Counted from the stretch's first letter, positions 30,313-40,852 are shown. The stretch is DNA of 64,000 bases from an uncultured bacterium (GCA_963822585.1 CAWGIE010000031.1:192001-256000); one strand, 5' to 3'. Translations and numbers: made by a program. The notes: generated from the letters alone by a model not told the origin.

Positions 30313-32670
30313 ATGGTCTTAACACAGACAATAGCTCTCTGGCTGGTCTCGACACTGATCGGGGTTATCGCCTTTCCCCTGCTCTACACCATCTGCCCCC
30401 GCCTCAAGGATCGCGGCTACGCAATCGCCCGGGTCACCGGTCTTGTTTTCGTCACTTTTATCGCCTGGTTTCTCTCCAGCATCAAGGTGCTGCCGTTCGG
30501 CACCGGGTCCCTGCTCCTGGCCCTCATCTGCCTGCTCGGCCTCTCTCTCCGGCTGGGATATGGGAGACGGAAAGAGCTGTTCTCTTTTCTGAAAGAGAAC
30601 AGCCGGCTCATCCTCTTGATCGAGGTGATCGGCATCGTCTTCCTGATCGTCTTTCTCTTTATCGTCTCGCTCAATCCGAACATCGATCCCGACAGCGAAC
30701 GTTTCATGGACTATGCCCTCCTCAACAGCATCGACCGGACCGCTTACTTCCCCCCCCTCGACCCCTGGTTCTCCGGCCGGGTCATGGACTATTATTACTA
30801 CGGTTATATCATTGTTTCCGGCCTCCACAAGCTGGTCCCGGTCCCTCTCCCCGTCTTCTTTAACCTGGTCCTGGCTCAGATCTACGCCCTCTTTGTCATG
30901 GCTTGTTTTGGCATCGGCTACAACTTAACCGGGAAAAGGTCTTACGGCCTGCTGGCCGTCTGCGGCGTCATGCTGATCGGCAATCTGGACGGCCTGATTC
31001 AGATTTTCGGCAAAGGTTTTACCAACTTCGGGGCCTTTCACAGCGCCCGGGTTCTGGTACAGGAAACAGCCGACGGGCGCATCCTCGATTACCCGATCAA
31101 CGAGTTTCCTTTCTTCAGCCTGATCTACGGCGACCTGCATCCGTATGTCATCACCTATCTCATCAACATGGCCATCCTCAACCTGCTTCTCAATCTGGCT
31201 CTCGTACCGGCGGCGGGATGGAGAATGCTGGGCGAGACCCGGGGTCTTCGCTTACTGACCGTGATCGTCATCTCGATCATGATCGGCTGTCTCTTCGGCG
31301 CCCATACCTGGGATTATCCCGTCTACCTGGCGGTCATCGTCGCTCTGCTTGCCTACCACCAGTGGCGGGAATTCAGGAAAGCGGGCAAAGAGACGATCCC
31401 GGAAGAGGCGGAAGGCGGGAAGGAAGGGGAAGAGTGGCCCGGGAGGGCCGGTCTGACCGCCATTATCCGCTTTCTCGGCCCGGCCGTGACCCTGGTCCTG
31501 GTCAGTTTCATCATCTATCTTCCTTTCAACCTCTCTTTCATCAGCGAACAGGTCGGGCACGAGCGGGGCGGGATCGGTATGGTCTCTCTCCGCACCCCGC
31601 TCGGACTTTTCCTGATCGCTTTCGGCATCTATCTCTTTTTCCTGGTTGTTTTTCTCCTCTCTCACGCGAGCGCGGCGAACATCCGCGGCGGGAAAAAGAT
31701 ATCCTGGGGGCCCTTCAGCCTCTTCCTCCTTGCCGCCGTCGCGGTAATCGCCCGTCAGGGGGGGGGATCCATGCTCGATCAGACCTATCTTTTTCTGGCG
31801 GTACTCTTCATCCTGACCGCCGTCGTCCTCTTTTTCCCTCCCCTGAAGGAGGAAGAACACTTCAGCTTGATTTTGGCCCTGATCGCCCTTGGATTGGCCT
31901 TCTTCTGCGAGTTTTTTTTCATGATTGATCATTACCAGGGAGGGGGCTATGAACGGATGAACACTATGTTCAAGCTCTATACCAACGTCTGGCTCCTTCT
32001 GGGAACAACGGCCGTCTACGGCATCTTTTTCATCAACCAGCTCCTGCAAAAGAGACCTGATCTGCGCTTTTCCTGGAAGATTCTTGTTCTGCTCTTTCTC
32101 TCGGCCGGTCTTTTCTTCCCGGTGGGCGCCGTCGGCGAACGTATCCGGGGTTTGCGGCAGCCGCTCACCCTGGACGGGGTAGCCTATCTATCCCGGCCGA
32201 ATCCGACCGGGAATCGGAAAGAGTGGAGGTGGGACCAGGATGACTGGCGGGCCATCAAGTGGATCAATCAGAATATCTCCGGTCAGCCGGTACTTTTGGA
32301 GGCCGGCAACATGACCAACCAGGACGGAGGGGAGTCCCAGGCCTATCACTGGGCCTCCCGGGTGGCCACCTTTACCGGCCTCCCCATCCTGGTCGGCTGG
32401 GCAAACCACGAAGCCGGATGGAGAAACGACTGGAAGGAGCCGGGACAACGAAAGAGCGATACCGATCTTCTCTTCCGGACTACCAATATCAATACCGCCA
32501 TCAATTTGCTCAATAAATACGATATTCAGTATGTCTTCATCGGGAGCGTCGAGAGGGACAGATACCCGGAGGAAGGATTACGTAAGTTTTCCGAACTGGG
32601 CAAACTGGTGTACCGGGAGGGACCGGTGGAGATCTGGAAGGTGGGGAGTGATAGGACTAGTAATCGGTAA
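30313..32670 (+). CDS. DUF2298 / Chlor_Arch_YYY family membrane protein (GT-C-like)
   Basis: ERFMD, PP.DPWFSG..MDYYYYG, INEFPFFSLIYGDLHP, TWDYP, RMNTMFKLY, TLDG..Y, GW.NHE..WR. Confidence 0.9.
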   Translation: MVLTQTIALWLVSTLIGVIAFPLLYTICPRLKDRGYAIARVTGLVFVTFIAWFLSSIKVLPFGTGSLLLALICLLGLSLRLGYGRRKELFSFLKENSRLILLIEVIGIVFLIVFLFIVSLNPNIDPDSERFMDYALLNSIDRTAYFPPLDPWFSGRVMDYYYYGYIIVSGLHKLVPVPLPVFFNLVLAQIYALFVMACFGIGYNLTGKRSYGLLAVCGVMLIGNLDGLIQIFGKGFTNFGAFHSARVLVQETADGRILDYPINEFPFFSLIYGDLHPYVITYLINMAILNLLLNLALVPAAGWRMLGETRGLRLLTVIVISIMIGCLFGAHTWDYPVYLAVIVALLAYHQWREFRKAGKETIPEEAEGGKEGEEWPGRAGLTAIIRFLGPAVTLVLVSFIIYLPFNLSFISEQVGHERGGIGMVSLRTPLGLFLIAFGIYLFFLVVFLLSHASAANIRGGKKISWGPFSLFLLAAVAVIARQGGGSMLDQTYLFLAVLFILTAVVLFFPPLKEEEHFSLILALIALGLAFFCEFFFMIDHYQGGGYERMNTMFKLYTNVWLLLGTTAVYGIFFINQLLQKRPDLRFSWKILVLLFLSAGLFFPVGAVGERIRGLRQPLTLDGVAYLSRPNPTGNRKEWRWDQDDWRAIKWINQNISGQPVLLEAGNMTNQDGGESQAYHWASRVATFTGLPILVGWANHEAGWRNDWKEPGQRKSDTDLLFRTTNINTAINLLNKYDIQYVFIGSVERDRYPEEGLRKFSELGKLVYREGPVEIWKVGSDRTSNR

Positions 32671-32744
32671 TCAGTGATCAGTGATCAGTGATCAGTGACC
32701 TTGGCCAACGGTATACTGATTACTGATCACCGTTAACTGATTAC
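32659..32744. repeat. Heptamer inverted array; 39-bp core identical to the copy at 35568-35606
   Basis: (agtgatc)3 agtgacc ttggccaacgg followed by actgatt units. Confidence 0.85.
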
Positions 32745-32767
32745 TTTTCTCCCTCGGTTCTTCCTTC

Positions 32768-35506
32768 CTATTTTTCCTCGTCAAGAAACCGGAGACGCAT
32801 ATTGGTCAGGACCGGATAGGCAGTGGGCGCGTTGGGACCGGTTCGGTAGAACATGGTCTCCGGGAAGAGGTCGTCCGGCCAGAGCAACCGTTCGTAATAG
32901 ACCGTCGTTTTGGAGCCCCGGGGCCAGGACATGCCCACGAAAATATTTTTTTCTTTGGTGGTGAAGGTAAAATTGCTCCAATCCCCTTTTTCAGTCGCGG
33001 TGAGATAGGGAGACTCCGCCACCAGCCGATCGGGTTTCTCGTCACGGTCGGTATCGGCATACACCACCAGCCGGAATCCGCCCGCTTCCCCGGCGGCGGC
33101 ATGAGCGGCCGAGAGTTCCATCCGGTCACTCTTTCTCTTCCAGGGATTTACTTCCCAGATTTGAAGATTATAATAGTCAGCCAGGATCGACTTTTCGGTG
33201 AGATATTCCCGGTGCTTAACGGCTACCGGATAATTCCCCGGAGGGGATTTCTGTCTGGAGAGAAGGAGGAATATCCGGAACTCACCCGATTGAATCCCCG
33301 GACAGGGAGAAAGATCGTCATCCCGCGACTTCCCCGGTCCCGCATATTCTGCCCGGGAAATCGGAGCGACCGGGGCCTGTTCCCAGATTCTCCAGTCATC
33401 GTCAACCAGATATTTGTATAGAGAAAGGCGGCCCGGTTCTTTGGAAAAGGTGGGCCCTTCGAACAGGCCCCGGTCATCTGAAAACCGATAGTCGCCGTAA
33501 AGGTCCACGTAACTGCCTTGCCTGCCGTCTCCCGCGAAGAAACGGACCTCAACCTCGATCGTCTTTTTCCCCTCCAGCTTCTTGAGATCAAGCGGGATGG
33601 TGTACCATTGCCGGATATCCGGCATCGATCGCTTCGTCTGGCGCAGGTAGATCGGAAATGCCCGGCGCTTGTCCTGAGGGACCCAGCTCGCGGGATCGGG
33701 AGTCAAGCCTCCTTCAAACCTCCGTACGACCTCGCCGTCCAGAGAGACCTCCAGGGCATACCGGCGCACCGGACCCGATACCAGATCGAGCTTCAGGTCG
33801 GCGCTCCGGTATTGCCTCAGGTCCTCCGGGAGGATGAAAGTCTGCCTGACCATCTGACCAGGTTCCTGCAGTCTGATCTTCCATTCATGCGCTGTGGGAT
33901 GGACTTTCAGGGCGGAGAAATAGACCAAAAGAATGAACGCCGGGGGAAAGACCGCCCCCAGAACCCGGCGCCAGCCGGCCATGATCGGACGATAGACCCG
34001 GAACAGCAGCGGGATCAGGGAAAGGATAAAAAGCACGGCGATAAAAACACGCAGCCGATGAGCGCCGGGAAAGGAAAGACCGGGGAGCGCCATCATGCTG
34101 AAGCCGGGCCGGGCGGCAAGTGCGAGAACCAGAAGACAGACGGGTGCCAGCAGGATCAAGAAGAGATGCCTGCCCCCCTCCCTTCCCGCACGGAATAACG
34201 AGCACAACCCGAACACAGCCCGATCACAGAACCATACCCCCGCCGCGATCATCAGCGGGATCAGGGGCAGTGTATACCGGCTCTCGACATCGGCGGCAAA
34301 GCACATCGCCCAGCCGTAAATCAGGGAAATGATGATCGGCCAGGATCGACGTCCGAGACCGGGGATGAGGGCCGCTCCGAAAAGCCCCGTGATCAAGATA
34401 ACCCGATTAAGGATATCGATCCAGGGCGGTGGGATGACGTAACTCTGGAGAAAATCGTTGTAGGCCCGCTGATAGAAGAGTCGGCCTTTGGCCAGGAGGA
34501 CCGGTATCGCTTCCGCCGGTTTCTCAAGGAGGATCCTCAGATAGGCCTTAAAGTACCGATCATCGGCGGCGCCGGGATACCGGCCGGGGGTGATTGACCG
34601 CAGGATCTCCCCCCCGGGATCGGTCGTGGTCTGGAGGCCCGCAGTCGGAGGATAGATGCCGCAGTACATGGCCAGGCCGTTCCGCCAGCTGCCGCTGATG
34701 AACGAGCGATGGTACCGGTCGACCTGGGGGGTCCAGAAGAGACGGGGGACGATGATCACCGCCAGCCCGACCGGATAGAGAAGGCTCCGGGCGGGGAACC
34801 AGCGGACCGGCCGCGTTATCGACCGCAGCAGTTTCCGGCGCGGGGAGGGGACGCCTCTCGCTCGGCGCTCCTCTCTCTTCTTCATCGCCAGGCCGAGCAC
34901 CAGCATCGGCCAGTAAAGCAGATAGACATACTGGAAGAAGGTCCGGGTAATGACCATCAGAGCGGTCACGAAGCCGGAGACGAGAATCAGCCACCACGAT
35001 CCCCGCTCCAGGGTCAGAACCAGAAGCCAGATGGTTAGCATGAAAACAAAGACCGCCAGCGTTTCGGTCAGAAGTCGTCCTTCGGAGAGCACAAAGGGGA
35101 TATAGACCGCCCCCATAATAATGGCGATGACGGCTACCCGGCGGCTGAAAATCCGCGCCGCGATCAGATAAAGGAAGAGAAGACTGAGCGTCCCCAGAAT
35201 CGCCTGAGCGATCCGTACCGCATCGAAGTTAACGCCCGCGGCAAGATAAACGCCGGAGAGAAAAAGAGGATACAGCTCGCACTTGGGGAGGGCCATCTCA
35301 TAGGCTTTTTTGAAATGGGTCGTAAAAAGTTCCCGATCCGGCCAGGCGGAGAATGCGGCCGCGAATTCCTTGGCCTGGATGTTATACCCGGCCGCGTCCC
35401 AGGCCACCGGGGCCTGGGGATAGCGGAGGAGAAAATTGACCCGGAAGAGAAAAGCCAGAATCAGCGTGACGATGACAATGGCGAGATAAATGTATTTTCC
35501 CTTCAT
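32768..35506 (-). CDS. GT-C (PMT_2/ArnT-like) glycosyltransferase with large periplasmic C-terminus ending in the HAAxG domain
   Basis: WDAAGY, LYPLFLS, LLTETL, ESRYTLP; many TM helices. Confidence 0.82.
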   Translation of the reverse strand: MKGKYIYLAIVIVTLILAFLFRVNFLLRYPQAPVAWDAAGYNIQAKEFAAAFSAWPDRELFTTHFKKAYEMALPKCELYPLFLSGVYLAAGVNFDAVRIAQAILGTLSLLFLYLIAARIFSRRVAVIAIIMGAVYIPFVLSEGRLLTETLAVFVFMLTIWLLVLTLERGSWWLILVSGFVTALMVITRTFFQYVYLLYWPMLVLGLAMKKREERRARGVPSPRRKLLRSITRPVRWFPARSLLYPVGLAVIIVPRLFWTPQVDRYHRSFISGSWRNGLAMYCGIYPPTAGLQTTTDPGGEILRSITPGRYPGAADDRYFKAYLRILLEKPAEAIPVLLAKGRLFYQRAYNDFLQSYVIPPPWIDILNRVILITGLFGAALIPGLGRRSWPIIISLIYGWAMCFAADVESRYTLPLIPLMIAAGVWFCDRAVFGLCSLFRAGREGGRHLFLILLAPVCLLVLALAARPGFSMMALPGLSFPGAHRLRVFIAVLFILSLIPLLFRVYRPIMAGWRRVLGAVFPPAFILLVYFSALKVHPTAHEWKIRLQEPGQMVRQTFILPEDLRQYRSADLKLDLVSGPVRRYALEVSLDGEVVRRFEGGLTPDPASWVPQDKRRAFPIYLRQTKRSMPDIRQWYTIPLDLKKLEGKKTIEVEVRFFAGDGRQGSYVDLYGDYRFSDDRGLFEGPTFSKEPGRLSLYKYLVDDDWRIWEQAPVAPISRAEYAGPGKSRDDDLSPCPGIQSGEFRIFLLLSRQKSPPGNYPVAVKHREYLTEKSILADYYNLQIWEVNPWKRKSDRMELSAAHAAAGEAGGFRLVVYADTDRDEKPDRLVAESPYLTATEKGDWSNFTFTTKEKNIFVGMSWPRGSKTTVYYERLLWPDDLFPETMFYRTGPNAPTAYPVLTNMRLRFLDEEK

Positions 35507-35532
35507 CAGCAGTAATCGACGAACAAGAGGAT

Positions 35533-35632
35533 AGTAATCGGTAATCAGTAATCAGTAATCAGTGATCAGTGATCAGTGATCAGTGATCAGTGACCTTGGC
35601 CAACGGCGTACTGATTACCGATTACTGATTAC
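35533..35632. repeat. Heptamer inverted array
   Basis: About eight (a/g)gt(a/g)atc units, then ttggccaacgg, then actgatt units. Confidence 0.85.
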
Positions 35633-35637
35633 TTAAC

Positions 35638-37053
35638 CTACTGCCCCGCCCCCGCTTCTCGATACCACTCCTCGGACGAACGTCCCTCCATCACGCCCCG
35701 GGCCGCAGCCTGGCCTGATTTCATGCTGTCGTGCATGTCGCTGTTCAGAAAAAGGCCCTGTCTCCCGGCGGAGCGGAGATTCCCGAGCCGGGACAATCCT
35801 CCCAGAAAAGCTTCCAGATTATGCTCGAAGGAGAGATCGTAAATGGGGTAGGCGTCTTTGGCCCGGGTCACGATACATTCGCCGGCAGCTTTACCGTCGA
35901 TCAAATCGATATGACCGATATCCGCCAAGACCAGCTCCTTCACTTCTTCCTCCGTCGCTTCCCAGAGCGTGTCCCCCCAACCGCAGCAGACCTCAAAGGT
36001 CAGCAGTGTCTTCCCCGGAGGGCGGTTCCGGAGGAGGAGGTTTTTCTGTTCGCAGAATCGATTGAACCGGAAATAGGGATCGAGGAGATATACCCAGTGA
36101 GCGCGGCTGACCCGGTCGGTATTGATAATGATGTTTCCCAGGACCAGCGCCCGATTACGCAAATTCTGGGAGGCGGCATATTCCATCTCCGAGAGACGGG
36201 GGCGGCAGAGGTGACCGAGGGTGGCCAGGGGGATGGTGGATATAACCCCGCTGCAGGGGATCACCTGCTCCCCTCCCTCCCCTTCAACGCACACCGAAAC
36301 CACCCGGTCGCCATCGAAATTCATCCCGGTCGGAACGCTCTCCAGCCGGATCTCTCCTCCGTCCTCCCTGATCCGGTCGGCCATACCGCTGAAGACAACC
36401 CCCATCCCCTCCTCCGGATAAAGAAAATCATCCCAGTAGGTGGCCTGCTCCTGCCCCCTCCCTCCCAGCAGCTTGATCAGTATATCCTTCAGATTCAGCT
36501 TGTGAAGTTTGGAGGACGCCAGCCGGGTGGAGATCTGTGAAGGGGGAATACCCCATACCCGCTTGGTGTACTGTCCGAAGCAGAGATCGTAGAGAGTCCT
36601 CCCGAATCTCTTAATCCCCCAGCTCTCAAAGGAATCGTCGGGACGGGGAAAGATAGCGTTCTTCAGCGACGTGAAGAGAAAATCCCCCACCATGCGGGCG
36701 GAGAAGAAGGGATTTAAACCCCGGAAAAGCTGCCAGAACTTGAGCGGATAATCATAATATTTGCCCCGGATCAGCATATTGGTGATCCGCTTTTTTATCA
36801 CCAGCTTGCCGGCGTAGTGTTCGCGTATCAGTTCATCTATCTCGTCATTTTTTACATGGTAGGTGTGGGGACCGAACTCGACGATGAATCCCTCCCAGTA
36901 GCGGGATGAGGATATTCCCCCGACCGTCGAGCGCTTCTCCAGCACGATCACCTTTTGTCCCGCCCGGCTGAGTGTCCGGGCCGCCGTCAACCCGGCCGGC
37001 CCGGCGCCGAATACAACGATAGGCAATCGTTTATTGGAATCCGGATTATTCAT
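35638..37053 (-). CDS. FAD-dependent oxidoreductase (protoporphyrinogen oxidase / UDP-Galp mutase-like, glycan-associated)
   Basis: GAGPAGL, LEK..VGG, EFGPH, YTKRVWG, FLYPEEG, AYPIY, GRQGLF...DMH. Confidence 0.85.
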   Translation of the reverse strand: MNNPDSNKRLPIVVFGAGPAGLTAARTLSRAGQKVIVLEKRSTVGGISSSRYWEGFIVEFGPHTYHVKNDEIDELIREHYAGKLVIKKRITNMLIRGKYYDYPLKFWQLFRGLNPFFSARMVGDFLFTSLKNAIFPRPDDSFESWGIKRFGRTLYDLCFGQYTKRVWGIPPSQISTRLASSKLHKLNLKDILIKLLGGRGQEQATYWDDFLYPEEGMGVVFSGMADRIREDGGEIRLESVPTGMNFDGDRVVSVCVEGEGGEQVIPCSGVISTIPLATLGHLCRPRLSEMEYAASQNLRNRALVLGNIIINTDRVSRAHWVYLLDPYFRFNRFCEQKNLLLRNRPPGKTLLTFEVCCGWGDTLWEATEEEVKELVLADIGHIDLIDGKAAGECIVTRAKDAYPIYDLSFEHNLEAFLGGLSRLGNLRSAGRQGLFLNSDMHDSMKSGQAAARGVMEGRSSEEWYREAGAGQ

Positions 37054-37070
37054 CCTTTAAAAATATATTA

Positions 37071-37135
37071 GTTTGTGGTTTCGGTAATTGTGATTTGGGA
37101 TTTATTTGGTGCTTATGATTTGTTATTTGGAATTT
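37071..37135. repeat. AT-rich degenerate repeat, single arm of the family at 46580-46792
   Basis: tttatttggtgcttatgatttgttatttggaattt resembles 46760-46792. Confidence 0.6.
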
Positions 37136-37163
37136 GAGAGATTTCATGCGAAGCATGAAATCT

Positions 37164-37889
37164 CTACCAGAGGCGGCAGCGGATCATCGCCGCCCGGAGG
37201 GCGATCAAGAGACCGGTCCGGGCGATGCTGAAAAACTCTCTCATACCCGTCCCATGGCCCGAAGCACCGCCCTGGCGGCTCAGGTAGGTAACCGGCACCT
37301 GGAGAATACGATAGCCTTTCAATGCCCCCCTGACCACGATCTCCATCTCATAAATAAAGCGGTTATCCTTGAAATCGACGTCCCAGATGTATTCACCGCT
37401 CCAGGCCTTCATGCCGGTCGTCACGTCGGTGATCGTGCGGCCGGCGATGAGCGAAATAAATCCGTTAAGAAAGGCATTCCCCTTATCCCGGAAAAAACTG
37501 GAGCGATACCCGGAACGATCGGCTTCATCCATGAACCGGGAACCGATGACCAGGTCGGCTTCTCCTTCCAGTATCGGAGAGACAATCCGGGGGATATCCT
37601 CGGGGGCAAACTGCAGATCGGCGTCGAACTGGAGCATGACCGGATGGGCAGCCAGGGTAATGCCCACTTTCACGGCGTGTCCTTTCCCGCTGTCTCCGTA
37701 GTTCCGCAAGACCCTGATCGGAATCGAATGCACCAGCCCCCACTCCGCGGCGATATCGGCGGTCCGGTCCCGGCCGCCATGGACAATGATGATCTCAGCC
37801 GAGGGAGCCGCGGCCAGAATCCGATCCAGGCACCCCCGGATGGTCTCCTCCTCATTAAAGGTCGAGATAATTATCGTGAATGGTTGCAT
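37164..37889 (-). CDS. GT2 polyprenyl-phosphate glycosyltransferase (DPM1-like)
   Basis: FNEEETI, GKGHAV, FDADLQ, DLVIGSRF, TDVTTGMK. Confidence 0.9.
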   Translation of the reverse strand: MQPFTIIISTFNEEETIRGCLDRILAAAPSAEIIIVHGGRDRTADIAAEWGLVHSIPIRVLRNYGDSGKGHAVKVGITLAAHPVMLQFDADLQFAPEDIPRIVSPILEGEADLVIGSRFMDEADRSGYRSSFFRDKGNAFLNGFISLIAGRTITDVTTGMKAWSGEYIWDVDFKDNRFIYEMEIVVRGALKGYRILQVPVTYLSRQGGASGHGTGMREFFSIARTGLLIALRAAMIRCRLW

Positions 37890-37925
37890 GGTTTTCCCTC
37901 TACCCCGATCACGGGAATAGCAACC

Positions 37926-37999
37926 GGTAATCAGTGATCGATAATCAGTACGGCCCAGCCGCCCGGGGCACTGATTACCGACAACTGATTACTGATCAC
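37926..37999. repeat. Heptamer inverted array
   Basis: ggtaatc agtgatc gataatc ... actgatt accgaca actgatt actgatc. Confidence 0.75.
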
Positions 38000-39012
38000 T
38001 GCTCATCCCCCGGGTTCCCCAGCTTTTCCGGATCGTAAAAAATAATGTGTGATCCGTTCCTCTCGAAACGGAAACTGACTTCCAGAAGATCCCGGAGCGC
38101 GGCCCGGACCGCCGGCTGCCGGTCGGGAACGGCATAGAGAAGCAGAAAACCGCCGCCGCCGGCGCCGAGCAGCTTGCCCCCCAGGGCTCCCGCCCCCCGG
38201 GCCCGGGCGTACATCTCGTCGATCCCGGGGCTGCTCACCCCTGTCCCCATGCTTTTTTTCAGGCCCCATCCTTCGTCCAGGAGTCGCCCGAAATCATCCA
38301 GGTCGGCGTCCGGATCGCACAGGACATCCCTTCCCCGCTTCGCCAATTCCGCGAGCGCCCCGAGAGCTTCCCGGTTGTTCTCGAGCCGGGAAACGTGCTC
38401 CTTCTGTATCTCATTGGAATATCTCTGGATGCCGGTATAAAAGAGCATCAGGTTGGCCTGCAGGCTCTCTACCACCCCGGTGGGAGTGATCACCTTTTCC
38501 ACCAGCACCTCGTCTCTGTCCAGGAAACGGATATAGTTTATTCCGCCGTAGGCGGCGGCGTACTGGTCCTGGCAGCCGACATTCTCCGGGATCAGCTCGC
38601 GCTCCACGTACACGGCTTCTCTGGCCAGCTGCCGGGGGGAAACCCGTCTCCCGCGGTAGGCGTAGAGCGCATGCAGGAGCCCAACCACGAAAGAAGACGA
38701 GGTGCCCAGCCCCGTGCGGGCCGGAAGATTGGAGAAATAATTGATCTCGATATTGGAGGTGATCCCCATGTGCTGCAGGCAGGCGCGAACGGCCGGATGA
38801 CCGATCTCTTCAACACGATTGATCAGTTCGGTTTTTGAATAGGATATTTTTATCCGGTAGTCGAAGAAATTACTGAGGTAGTTGACGGTCAAAAAGACGT
38901 GCTTGTCTATCGTGGTGGAAAGCACCGCCCCCCCGAAGCGGTTGAAGTATTCGGGAAAATCCGTTCCTCCTCCGAAAAAACTGATCCTGACCGGTGTCTG
39001 CGCGATGATCAT
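37996..39012 (-). CDS. hddA: D-glycero-alpha-D-manno-heptose-7-phosphate kinase (GHMP family)
   Basis: MIIAQTPVRISFFGGGTD, PARTGLGTSS, GCQDQYAAAYGG, GGKLLGAGGGGF. Confidence 0.85.
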   Translation of the reverse strand: MIIAQTPVRISFFGGGTDFPEYFNRFGGAVLSTTIDKHVFLTVNYLSNFFDYRIKISYSKTELINRVEEIGHPAVRACLQHMGITSNIEINYFSNLPARTGLGTSSSFVVGLLHALYAYRGRRVSPRQLAREAVYVERELIPENVGCQDQYAAAYGGINYIRFLDRDEVLVEKVITPTGVVESLQANLMLFYTGIQRYSNEIQKEHVSRLENNREALGALAELAKRGRDVLCDPDADLDDFGRLLDEGWGLKKSMGTGVSSPGIDEMYARARGAGALGGKLLGAGGGGFLLLYAVPDRQPAVRAALRDLLEVSFRFERNGSHIIFYDPEKLGNPGDEQ

Positions 39013-39128
39013 TTTAAAATTTTTCTTCGAAATACAATTTTTCTGCGAAAAATTGTGGGTTAAGAACAAACGTCCAAAACGTTACCTATAGCAAAAACGT
39101 CGACCGGGTACTACCGAAAATGTTCTGT

Positions 39129-39905
39129 TCAACCGGCGGACCGGTTTAAGATAAATTCTTTTGCCGTCGCCCGGGATTCCGGTATGCCGAATAATCGGCC
39201 TATTTTTTCATTATTAACGTCGTATGTCTCGCGGGGCGCATTCGCGGCCTGGTAGCGGAGAGGTTTGTCCAGCCACGACCGTATCTCCCGAAGGGCGACC
39301 GTCCCGCTACCGCAAAGGTTGAATGTCTCTCCTTTCAGATCCCGGCGGAGAAGCGCGAAAACGGCTTCCGCCGCGGTATCCGTCAGCAAATACTGGTAAC
39401 GGGAATCCTCGTGAACCCGGAGGGGAATATCGTGGAGAAGATCGAAAACCGGGTTTTTCTTCAATCCCGGTCCCAGGACTCCACCCAGGCGGATGATGAG
39501 CCAGTCCGGAAGGTAATGTCCAACCATCTGCTCCCCCAGATATTTATGAAATCCATAGTGAGAGATCCGATTGATGTCGATCACTGCGTCTTCCCGGTTC
39601 CGACCCGGATCGGCATGGTCAGGGTAAACGTCAATACTCGAAATGTACACGTATCTGCGAAAGGAAAAATCCCGAAATGACCGAAGAAGAGCATCCAGGG
39701 AAATACGGAAGTCATCCAGCGGATTCTCGTTGGCGATAAACTTTCTGGAATTTCCGGCGGTGTTGATCAGGACGTCATATTCCCGGCCCCGGCCTTCGTC
39801 GTAGTTATCCAGATCGATGCAGTCGCAGTCCACACCCGACCTTCGGCAGAAGCGGACAAACGCCGACCCCACGAATCCCCTCCCGCCCAGTACGCATGCC
39901 TTCAC
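39129..39905 (-). CDS. NAD-dependent epimerase/dehydratase (SDR)
   Basis: GGRGFVG, SSIDVY, YGFHK; GTGA overlap with the upstream stop. Confidence 0.85.
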   Translation of the reverse strand: MKACVLGGRGFVGSAFVRFCRRSGVDCDCIDLDNYDEGRGREYDVLINTAGNSRKFIANENPLDDFRISLDALLRSFRDFSFRRYVYISSIDVYPDHADPGRNREDAVIDINRISHYGFHKYLGEQMVGHYLPDWLIIRLGGVLGPGLKKNPVFDLLHDIPLRVHEDSRYQYLLTDTAAEAVFALLRRDLKGETFNLCGSGTVALREIRSWLDKPLRYQAANAPRETYDVNNEKIGRLFGIPESRATAKEFILNRSAG

Positions 39906-40852
39906 AGCCGGACGGTCCCCTCCGCATAATTCTCCCGGAACCAATTAATCGTCCGGGCCAATCCGTCTCTCAGGGAGGTGGGGCAGTCAAGACCGAGGTC
40001 CTTCATCTTCCGGTTGGCGAATATCTTCAGTACTTTCCCGTCCGGTTTCGACCGGTCCCAGACGATACGCCCCCGGTAACCGGTGAGTTCCTTGACCAGT
40101 TCGGCCAGCTCTTTGATCGAGGTGGAGCGGGCGGTGGAAAGGTTGATCGGTTCGGAGGTATCATACTCCTCGAGAAAATAGGGAAAGAGCGCGGCGACGT
40201 CTCCCGCGTAGACAAAATCCCGGGTTGGTTTTCCGCTTCCCCACATTACTACCTCGGGCCGGTCCTCCAGCAGCGCCTCATAGAATTTTCTCACCGTGGC
40301 CGGGATGACGTGGGAATTTTCCGTCTCGAAATTGTCATATTCGCCGTACACGTTGCCGGGAATGAGCACGATGGAATTGAAATCATACTGGCGCCGGTAG
40401 GCTTGGGACTGGATGAGCACCATCTTCTTCGCCACCGAATAGGGGGTACTTTCGAAGGCGGGGAGCCCCCCCCACATTTCTTCCTCCGAGATCGGCGAGG
40501 GAGCTGAGGCCGGGTAACTGCACCCTCCGATCGCGGCCACCACTTTCTCCGCCCCCGCCCGCCAGGCTTCATGGACGGTCATGGTCTGAATCATGATATT
40601 CCGGTAGAAAAAATCCGCCGGGTAGGCCAGGTTGGCTCCGATCCCCCCCACGTATCCGGCCAGGGCGATAACCCAGGCCGGCTGATGATCCCGGAACATT
40701 TGACGGACCCCGGCCTGCTCGGTCAGATCGTACTCTTCCGAGGAAAGCGCCACGATGCGGGAGGCGGGATACCTCTCCTCCAGAACGGGAAGAAGATGCC
40801 GGCCCAGAAACCCGCTCGCCCCGGTCACCAGAATGGTATGCTTTTTAGCCAT
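39902..40852 (-). CDS. fcl: GDP-L-fucose synthase-like epimerase/reductase (Fcl/WcaG family; possibly acts on GDP-heptose)
   Basis: TGASGFLG, VGGIGAN..YPADF, CSYP, YSVAK, NVYGEYDNF, SHVIPA, WGSGKPTRDF. Confidence 0.8.
   Translation of the reverse strand: MAKKHTILVTGASGFLGRHLLPVLEERYPASRIVALSSEEYDLTEQAGVRQMFRDHQPAWVIALAGYVGGIGANLAYPADFFYRNIMIQTMTVHEAWRAGAEKVVAAIGGCSYPASAPSPISEEEMWGGLPAFESTPYSVAKKMVLIQSQAYRRQYDFNSIVLIPGNVYGEYDNFETENSHVIPATVRKFYEALLEDRPEVVMWGSGKPTRDFVYAGDVAALFPYFLEEYDTSEPINLSTARSTSIKELAELVKELTGYRGRIVWDRSKPDGKVLKIFANRKMKDLGLDCPTSLRDGLARTINWFRENYAEGTVRL

Noticed and set aside
35638..37053. hemY/hemG haem biosynthesis gene
   Set aside because: Only the FAD fold is shared; the context is entirely glycan biosynthesis
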